The notes beneath the pieces were generated by a model that worked only from the letters and a program-made list of their open reading frames with translations, made no database searches and was not told the origin of the DNA. A stretch of DNA of 64,000 nucleotides. Source: an uncultured Thermomicrobiales bacterium. GTDB lineage: Bacteria; Chloroflexota; Chloroflexia; Thermomicrobiales; UBA6265. The stretch covers positions 6,724 through 70,723 of the forward strand of contig CADCWF010000148.1 of the NCBI GenBank assembly GCA_902806345.1, read 5' to 3'. Made by a program: the position numbers and the translations under genes. Shown piece after piece: positions 57,638 to 64,000 of the stretch. Every line of letters begins with the position of its first letter. Position 1 is the stretch's first letter.

Positions 57638-58583
57638 ACCAATAGGCAACGAACTCGTCGAGCCCAAGGTCGTCGCAGGGGGCCAGGGCCAGCCGCAGCT
57701 CCCACTCCCAGACCCACCGCATCCGCTCGATGTCGTCCGGGTTGGCGCACCACTCGCCGGCGACGTAGAGGCTCTGGATCGCGCAGAACCGGTAATCGCG
57801 CCAGAGGTCGGCCTCGCCGTAGGCAATGCCCCTGGCCGCGAGCTCGTCCTGGTAGGCGGCAAGGACCGACCGTTCCAACGACCGCTACGCCTCGGTCGGC
57901 CACGGGGTCACCATCAGGTACGCCAGGTCGCTGGCGCCGAGCCAGACGGTCAGCGACCTTTCGAACGGCTGGCGGTCGATCAGGTAGAGCAGGCCCGACC
58001 ACCGGCGTGGCAGCAGCAGGTTGCCGAGGTTTGAGTCGCCGTGGACGACAGCCTGGCCCTGGAGGTCGGCAGCGCGGGACTGGATCGCCGCCGGGTAGCG
58101 GGCGAAAACCCTTCGGAGGGTCTTCGTCTGACCGGGATGGAGGTCTCCCTGGGTCGCTTCCAGGAGACGCTGGAAACCGGCCGCAGACGTTACCGCATAG
58201 CGGTCGATCGCTGCGGCAGTCGGCGCGACGGCGCCGATCTCCCGCCACCTCACGGCCCCCCAGCGGAACGCGCGCAGGCGGCAAACGGCCCGCCCGAACG
58301 CCTCGGCGTAGGCCGGGTCGGGCTCAACATCGTGGGCGTTGCGGTGGCTCGCCGAGACATCTTCCAGCAGGAGGTGGTACCCCTCGAGGACCGCGTCGTA
58401 GCAGGCGTCGTAGCAGTGGGGAATCGGCACCTGCGCCAACCCACAGTAATCGCGCCGGTAGTAGTCCACCTCGGACGGACCGAACGGCGATTGCTCAGAC
58501 GAAAGCTTCAGCCAGAGCGAGGCCGGAAGCCGACCGCTAGCCCGGGGGGAGTAGGTCGGCGCCAGGGGGCCGCACGCGACCAT
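57638..58583 (-). pseudogene. phosphotransferase (APH/CHK kinase-like) pseudogene: 5'-truncated, in-frame TAG, no native stop
   Basis: Catalytic loop VVHGDSNLGNLL and LIDRQ. The amber codon at 57885-57887 splits WPTEA*RSLERSVLAAYQDEL. The Gly-rich N-lobe is absent, and the downstream frame runs antisense through the methyltransferase gene to 56718. Confidence 0.7.
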
Positions 58584-58722
58584 GCTCCATCAACGGGCTT
58601 GTACGCGACCGCCTCGACCTGGCCGGCGGCAAGCGATCCACTGGCTCGAAGAACCGACGTCGGCCGCGGCGGCAAGAGGTCGGAGTACCGGCGGATGAGG
58701 CGGCATGGACGGTCGCCGGCGC

Positions 58723-59121
58723 CTACCCCCACGGATCGTCGCCCTCGGGCAGGCGGCCCCCGAAGTGCCCCGCCTCGCCGCGGTCGGCCTCGGCCAACGC
58801 CACGAGGATGTCGAGGAAAGGATCGAGCCCGGCTTCCGGGTGGTGGAACCGGAACCGGCCGAGCTCGTAGAGGACGCGCTGGTCGGGCAGGAAGTCGTCG
58901 CCGAGGCCGGCCAGCCGGGCGAGGTCGCGCAGCCGGGCATCGTCGGGCCGGAGCGACAGCACGTGGTCGGCCAGTTCGTCCAGGGCCGCCGCCGTTCGCA
59001 GGTTGCGGGCGTCACGGTCGTACTCCTCGGCCTTCCGGCGCCGCCAGTCGGCCGTACTCCGGCAGAACTCGGCTACCGACCGCTGGAAGGCGGCGAGCCC
59101 CGCCTCAGCCCGCGGTTCCAT
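58723..59121 (-). CDS. hypothetical protein (132 aa)
   Basis: Balanced, helix-rich composition that is not Arg/Pro shadow-like. Overlaps the upstream small ORF by 17 nt. No family recognised. Confidence 0.6.
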   Translation of the reverse strand: MEPRAEAGLAAFQRSVAEFCRSTADWRRRKAEEYDRDARNLRTAAALDELADHVLSLRPDDARLRDLARLAGLGDDFLPDQRVLYELGRFRFHHPEAGLDPFLDILVALAEADRGEAGHFGGRLPEGDDPWG

Positions 59122-59422
59122 CGGGATCGCCGGTGGCGGGCGGGGTCGCGTCCGCGTCCGAGTCGGTCGAGGTCGCCGGCCGGAGCACGCCCTGGTCGAG
59201 CAGGTAGCGGGCGACGAAGGCGTTGTTGGCCTCGATCAGCTTGATCGCGTAGGTCGACGCCGCGCGGGCGCTGGCGAAGCCGACCGAGGCGAGTTCCTCT
59301 TCCGGGGTCGTGCCCCGTTGCTGGGCGGCCTCCGTCGCCTCCTCAAGCAGCACCTCGTCGAGGTAGACCATCATCTCCTCGGCCGTCAGCCCGATCGTCT
59401 CCCGCGGCGCCGGTTCGCCCAT
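59105..59422 (-). CDS. hypothetical protein (105 aa)
   Basis: ATG 59422 after GAGGGGGGG..GAGG. An acidic helical N-terminal part (TAEEMMVYLDEVLLEEATEAAQQ) and a disordered acidic tail. Confidence 0.55.
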   Translation of the reverse strand: MGEPAPRETIGLTAEEMMVYLDEVLLEEATEAAQQRGTTPEEELASVGFASARAASTYAIKLIEANNAFVARYLLDQGVLRPATSTDSDADATPPATGDPDGTAG

Positions 59423-59845
59423 CCTCGGTCCCCCCCTCGTCGCCTCGCGGCCATGCGGGTTCGCCGCGGGCGGATCGCCACCGATGGTAGCACGCGGCTC
59501 GACCCCCCAGCGGCCGCGGATTCCGGCGGCGCGACCGCGCATCTTGTCGTCGCTGACGGGCGGTGTTCGCACCGAGATCCGCCGTCCAGCGGCGGAGGGA
59601 CCTGCCCCCACCCCGCCGATGACGGCCATGGCGACGATGCCTCACCTACTCCCGGAGCCAGTCGGGTCGTCCGTCTTCGGGAAGGACTTCAGCCAGGGCT
59701 TGGTCGGCGGTGACGCCAAGGGCTAGGATCCCATAGAGCGGCAGGCGGATCGTGACCGGCGGAACGCAGCCGACCCGACCGGCTCGGGCAATCGACGTTT
59801 GGACCATTGCCGCGCCCCCGGCATCCGAGTTCGGAGACGCGCATC

Positions 59846-60541
59846 ATGCGGCAGACCACCGACGGGCGGACGGTGACGATCGCGGCCATCGCCGCGGTGG
59901 CCGTGCTCCTGGCGCTCGGCCTCCTCGTCGCACTGCACCCTCGCGGCCGCGTCTCCTGCCCGACCGGTTCGGCCGCGGTGGTCTTCGACCCCGGCCACGG
60001 CGGCGAGGACCCCGGCGCGATCAACGAGGCGTACGGGCTGGTCGAGAAGGAGCTGACGCTGGAGATCGCGCGCCGTGCCGCCGATCTCCTGCGGCAGGAG
60101 GGCTACCTCGTCGCCCTGACCCGGAACGACGACCGGACCATCGCCGCCAACAGCCCGCGCGGTGAAGTCGCCAACGTTTGCGGGGCTGGCGTCTACGTCT
60201 CGGTTCACCTCAACGCCTTCGGCGACCCCGACCCCAACTACGTCCTGACGCTCTGGGGGATCGAGGAGAAGGACCGTGCCTTCGCCGCGACGATGCAGGC
60301 GGCGCTGGCCACCGAGCTCCGCCCCGGCACTGATCTCGGGGACTCCGGACTCGACCAGTTGGAAAACGGCGGACTGCTGACGGCGCGGATGCCGGCGGTG
60401 CTGGTCGAGCCCGTGTTCCTGACCAACCCGGCGGAGGCCGCCCGCCTGGGCAACCCGGACGGCAGGCGGCGCGAGCAGATCGCCCGCGCGATCGCCGCCG
60501 GCGTCGCGAAGTGGTTCCGGGCCAGCGAAGCCACTTCTTAA
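59846..60541 (+). CDS. N-acetylmuramoyl-L-alanine amidase (Amidase_3)
   Basis: Membrane anchor TVTIAAIAAVAVLLALGLLV. DPGHGGEDPG, VSVHLNA, LVEPVFLTN. Confidence 0.85.
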   Translation: MRQTTDGRTVTIAAIAAVAVLLALGLLVALHPRGRVSCPTGSAAVVFDPGHGGEDPGAINEAYGLVEKELTLEIARRAADLLRQEGYLVALTRNDDRTIAANSPRGEVANVCGAGVYVSVHLNAFGDPDPNYVLTLWGIEEKDRAFAATMQAALATELRPGTDLGDSGLDQLENGGLLTARMPAVLVEPVFLTNPAEAARLGNPDGRRREQIARAIAAGVAKWFRASEATS

Positions 60542-60801
60542 TGCGATTTCGCAACCACCGGGTACGTTCCGAGACCTGCCGAGTGGCCCGGGGTTCGGTT
60601 CCTGGACCCGACGAGGATGCACGCCGTGGGTGCCGAGCCCCGGCACGGTCAGGAGCCGACTCTTGCTATACTTGCCGGTGCCCGCGAGTTCGTCACCGAC
60701 GAGCGCTTGTGCGGTTCCCAGCGGGCCCCAGGGACCCCATGCGTTCGCCGCCCTCCCCAGGGGCGGCCGGTTGCCCGCCTACGGGCACGAGGTGTCTCGC
60801 G

Positions 60802-61044
60802 ATGGCCTACGTGATCGCCCAGCCGTGCATCGGCGTCAAGGACAACTCCTGCGTCGAGGTCTGCCCGGTCGACTGCATCCACTCGACCGACGACGCCGAG
60901 CAGTACTTCATCAACCCCGACGAGTGCATCGACTGCGGCGTCTGCGCCGAGGTCTGCCCCGTCGAGGCGATCTTCTTCGAGGACGACCTGCCGGAGCAGT
61001 GGGCCGCCTTCAAGGAGACCAACGCGGTCTTCTTCAAGAACTAG
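60802..61044 (+). CDS. fdxA: ferredoxin (2 x Fe-S cluster, FdxA-type)
   Basis: MAYVIAQPCIGVKDNSCVEVCPVDCI ... CIDCGVCAEVCPVEAI. Confidence 0.9.
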   Translation: MAYVIAQPCIGVKDNSCVEVCPVDCIHSTDDAEQYFINPDECIDCGVCAEVCPVEAIFFEDDLPEQWAAFKETNAVFFKN

Positions 61045-61123
61045 GCCGTACGCCAGAGGCCGGGCTGCCCCGGCGGCACGGGACGGCGAACCCGATCCCG
61101 CGGCGCCGGGGGAGGCCGCGAAC

Positions 61124-61771
61124 CTACGAGTGGGCGGGCCCCCGATCCGGGTCGCCCGCCGCGGCAGGTCGTTCGCGTTCCTGTGACGAGCGCATCCCGC
61201 CGAGAAGGTCGAACACGGCCTCGAACAGTTGGTGGCCACCGACGGCCGGGTCGTTGTGGGCGACGCGCTGGGCAGCCCGGAGCGACCCGAAGATGGCCCC
61301 CGCGGTCAGCCGCGCCCGCAGCAGCGCGTCGGGTCCGGCGTCCGGCGAGGAGGCGAGCACCTCGGCTATCGCGTCCTCGTAGTCCTCGATCAATCGGGAG
61401 TGGTGGGCCCTCACCGCAGGCACCTCTCCCGCCAACGTCGCCTGGCGACGGCGCCGGTTATCCCCGCCGCCCGGCCGTTCAACGGCCAACATCGCCCGCC
61501 GCACCCGCTCCACGTTCGGCAGCGACGGGTCGGTCGCGGCGAGCGCCATCCTCAGGCGCTGGACTGCCCTCTGGTGGTCGCCGAAGACGACCGCCTCCTT
61601 CGACGGGAAGTAGCGAAAAAAGGTGCGCGTCGATACGCCGGCGGCGACCGCGATCTGGTCGATCGTCGTCGCCTCGTAGCCCCGCTCCCCGAACAGGGCG
61701 AAGGCCGCTTCCTCGATCTCCTCGGCAGTGCGCTGCCTCAGCCGTTCCCGCAGCGGCCTCGTCTCGCCCAT
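61124..61771 (-). CDS. TetR family transcriptional regulator
   Basis: HTH region TTIDQIAVAAGVSTRTFFRYFPSKE. Confidence 0.9.
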   Translation of the reverse strand: MGETRPLRERLRQRTAEEIEEAAFALFGERGYEATTIDQIAVAAGVSTRTFFRYFPSKEAVVFGDHQRAVQRLRMALAATDPSLPNVERVRRAMLAVERPGGGDNRRRRQATLAGEVPAVRAHHSRLIEDYEDAIAEVLASSPDAGPDALLRARLTAGAIFGSLRAAQRVAHNDPAVGGHQLFEAVFDLLGGMRSSQERERPAAAGDPDRGPAHS

Positions 61772-61803
61772 GCCCGCAGTCTCCCAAGTTTGGCGTTCTC
61801 CGT

Positions 61804-61843
61804 CTGTATGACAGACTACTGCATACTGGCACTCACTGTCATA
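61804..61843. promoter_or_regulatory. candidate TetR operator / divergent promoter region
   Basis: An AT-richer island with the palindrome CTGTATGACAG (61804-61814) and the inverted repeat TATGACAG (61807-61814) / CTGTCATA (61836-61843). Confidence 0.35.
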
Positions 61844-61967
61844 TTGTCTTCCGGAGAACTCCGAGGAGCGCCGAGGATCGGCTGCGAGACCGGGACCGCT
61901 CCCTGTAGTGGGCGGGTCGGCTCATCCCGGCTATCTAGCCTCGCCCTCGCCCGGAAAGGAGGACCGT

Positions 61968-62780
61968 GTGGATCGTGGCGCACCAGCGACGAGCGACCGC
62001 ATTCGTCAAGTCGTCGTTGCCGTTCTCGCCATCGCCCAGGCGGTCGTCACCACGGTGACGGGGGCACGCATTCGGGAGCAGGTCGACGGTGGCCAGCGGT
62101 CCCCGGTCGAGCCCGCCGCCTGGGCCTTCGCGATCTGGGGGCTCATCTTCGCGCTCTGTATCGGCTACGGCGTCTGGCAGGCACGCCCGTCGGCGGCGAC
62201 CGCTTCCCTCCTCCGCCGGGTCGGCTGGCCGACCGCCGGCGCCTTTCTGACAATCGTCGGTTGGTCGCTCGCCGTCCCACTCGGGCTCTTCTGGCTCGCC
62301 CAGCTCGTGCTGCTCGCCACCTGGGCGTTCCTCGCGGTCGCCGCGTTTCGACTTGCCGACGAGGCCGTCCGCCGCCCGCTCTCGGCAGCCGAGCAATGGT
62401 GCGTCGCGCTGCCCCTGGCGCCTTTTTTCGGCTGGGTGACGGCGGCGAACGGGGTCAGCCTCCACGGCCAGGCGATCGACCTCGGCGTTGTCGGGCCGGA
62501 GGGGCTCGCCAGTCGCCTCCTCGGGGCGACGCTGCTCCTCGCCGCCGGGGCCGTCGCCGCCTACATCGTCGTTCGCACCCGGGTCGGCCCTCCCCTTTTC
62601 TGCGGGATCTACTCAGCGACCATTGGGTGGGCAATCGTCGGCATCGTCGTCGCTCAGTGGGGCGTCGAGCCACTGATTGTTGCGGCGGCCGTCGTCGCGG
62701 CAGTGCCGACGATGGTGGCTGTCGTCCGCGTCGGGTCGCTGCCCCAACCGCCGCCGGCGCAGGGCACCGGCGCGGCATGA
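61968..62780 (+). CDS. integral membrane protein (weak TspO/MBR-like motif)
   Basis: GTG 61968 lies 4 nt after GGAAAGGAGGA. About 7 hydrophobic segments. PAAWAFAIWGLIFALCIGYGVW recalls the TspO W-rich motif. Confidence 0.7.
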   Translation: MDRGAPATSDRIRQVVVAVLAIAQAVVTTVTGARIREQVDGGQRSPVEPAAWAFAIWGLIFALCIGYGVWQARPSAATASLLRRVGWPTAGAFLTIVGWSLAVPLGLFWLAQLVLLATWAFLAVAAFRLADEAVRRPLSAAEQWCVALPLAPFFGWVTAANGVSLHGQAIDLGVVGPEGLASRLLGATLLLAAGAVAAYIVVRTRVGPPLFCGIYSATIGWAIVGIVVAQWGVEPLIVAAAVVAAVPTMVAVVRVGSLPQPPPAQGTGAA

Positions 62781-63093
62781 TCGGCAGTCCCGCAAACCGA
62801 TCGTCCGCCGCCGGTCGGACACCGGGCCATCCAGTCAAATGCGGACTGGTTCTGACCGCATTCTCGGCTATCCTGTGGCTTGGCGGCGAACACTTGTTCT
62901 TGACCGAGCGGCGAAGGGGGAGCCGTCGGCAACGAACCGAAGGCGGGACCGCCGAGCCTCCCCGCGCAATCGTTTTGATCGTCACCGGTGCTGCTTCGCG
63001 GCGGTGCCGGCGGGCCGCTGCTGTGCGCGATGGCAGCGGCGTAGGAGTCGGCGCGGCGATCGGTTGCCGCGCCGACAGGATCGGGGGCAACGC

Positions 63094-64000
63094 TTGGAGA
63101 TCGCACGGGACGAGGGGGAATTGGCAATCGAGGCCAGCGGGTTGTCCCGAAGGTTCGGCGATTTCGTCGCCGTCGACGGGATCGATCTGGCTGTCCGCAG
63201 GGGCGAGATCTACGGCTTCCTGGGGCCGAACGGGGCGGGCAAGTCGACCACCACGCGGATGCTCTGCACCCTAACCGCGCCCAGCGGCGGCAGCGCGACG
63301 GTGGCCGGGTTCGATGTCGCGCGGCAGCCGAGCGCGGTCCGCTTGCGGATCGGGGCCGCGCTCCAGGCAACAGCGCTCGACCTCCAGCAGACGGGGACCG
63401 AACTGCTGCGCCAGCAAGGACGCTACTACGGACTCCCTAAAGCCGCGATCGACCGCCGGATCCGCGATCTGCGTAGCCTGATCGACATCGGGGAGGCCCT
63501 CGACCAGCGGATCAAAACCTACTCCGGCGGCATGAAACGGCGTGTCGACCTCGCCGCCGCCCTTATCCACAACCCGGAGGTGCTCTTCCTTGACGAACCG
63601 ACGACCGGACTCGACCCGGCCTCCCGGGCCAAGGTCTGGGAGGAAGTGCGACGGCTCAACACCGATCTCGGGATGACCATCTTCCTGACGACGCAGTACT
63701 TGGAAGAAGCCGACGCCCTCGCCGACCGGGTCGGCATCATCGACCGCGGCACGATCGTCGCCGAGGGCACCCCGGCGGACCTCAAGCGGTCGATCGGGGC
63801 CGACGTGGTGGCGGTCCGCGTCGACGACGTCGAACGCGCCGGACCGGTCATCCGAGCGGTGCCGGGGGTCGACGCGGTCGAGACCCGCGGCGACGAGATC
63901 TTGGCGGCCTCCGCCGACGGCCCGGCCACCGTTTCGCCGATCGCGGTCGCCCTCGCCGACGCCGATGTTCGCGTGCGCGCCCTGACGCTGCGCGAGCCGA
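63094..64000 (+). CDS. ABC transporter ATP-binding protein (DrrA/ABC-2 type), 3' partial at window end
   Basis: Not in the ORF track because it is open at the window end. GPNGAGKSTTTRML, YSGGMKRRV, LFLDEPTTGLD. TTG start at 63094 (alternative 63121). Confidence 0.85.
   Translation, partial: MEIARDEGELAIEASGLSRRFGDFVAVDGIDLAVRRGEIYGFLGPNGAGKSTTTRMLCTLTAPSGGSATVAGFDVARQPSAVRLRIGAALQATALDLQQTGTELLRQQGRYYGLPKAAIDRRIRDLRSLIDIGEALDQRIKTYSGGMKRRVDLAAALIHNPEVLFLDEPTTGLDPASRAKVWEEVRRLNTDLGMTIFLTTQYLEEADALADRVGIIDRGTIVAEGTPADLKRSIGADVVAVRVDDVERAGPVIRAVPGVDAVETRGDEILAASADGPATVSPIAVALADADVRVRALTLREP

Noticed and set aside
62781-63093. A possible structured RNA or riboswitch in the 310-nt gap upstream of the ABC ATPase (GGGGGAGCC...GAGCCTCCCC pairing).
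   Set aside because: Only short generic GC stems are present, with no match to any riboswitch consensus I can recall. It could equally be another REP-like element.
1-64000. tRNA, rRNA, tmRNA, transposase/integrase genes and prophage signatures.
   Set aside because: I found no T-arm/anticodon-arm-like structures, rRNA-like conserved tracts, or transposase/integrase motifs on either strand. Absence should be confirmed with tRNAscan-SE, Infernal and ISfinder searches.

Overview
A 64 kb, high-GC (about 68-70% by eye) bacterial chromosomal segment with about 60 supportable genes. GGAGG-type RBSs, many Tat signals and the synteny (rqcH, yloV-degV-rpmB, yceD-rpmF-fabH-fabG, rsmD-coaD, nusB-acpP-tatC) suggest a Chloroflexota/Thermomicrobia-like or other monoderm-type lineage, but I cannot verify this. 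Most long Arg/Pro/Gly-rich ORFs in the six-frame track are antisense shadow ORFs typical of high-GC DNA. Housekeeping genes: priA, def, gmk, rqcH, tatC, acpP, nusB, accC, fabG, fabH, rpmF, yceD, coaD, rsmD, recG, degV, yloV (broken), rpmB, a RumA-type rRNA methyltransferase, a ferredoxin and a cell-wall amidase. There are two sugar/sugar-acid loci: a CUT2 ABC transporter with an enolase-superfamily enzyme and an SDR, and a CUT1 ABC transporter with two tandem ManD/galactonate-dehydratase-like paralogs. The strongest finding is on the minus strand at 18411-12958. It is a complete leader (TTGACG-N17-TATGCT promoter, an element matching the FMN/RFN riboswitch consensus, and a hairpin+U8 terminator). 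That leader sits in front of an Opp/Dpp-type ABC importer (two permeases and a Tat-signal family-5 binding protein, with no ATPase genes). The importer is translationally coupled to a fusion of a PPOX-class (F420-type) domain with an FbiB-C-terminal-like nitroreductase domain. I do not know this gene set as an FMN-riboswitch regulon. Other items worth a second look: a Tat-signal 24-cysteine protein with an exactly duplicated Cys-spacing module and a knottin-like core. Also a Lys/Arg-free Gly/Asn-rich 93-aa protein beside a P450 and an MFS exporter, a truncated MreB-like half protein, and a PHP-GT4 fusion. Gene decay is visible in frameshifted yloV, an amber-interrupted truncated phosphotransferase, and a degraded Phd/PIN toxin-antitoxin pair in lower-GC DNA. 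rsmD runs 206 nt into coaD, and REP-like GC-rich palindromic elements recur in intergenic regions. I saw no rRNA, tRNA, CRISPR array or intact mobile element.
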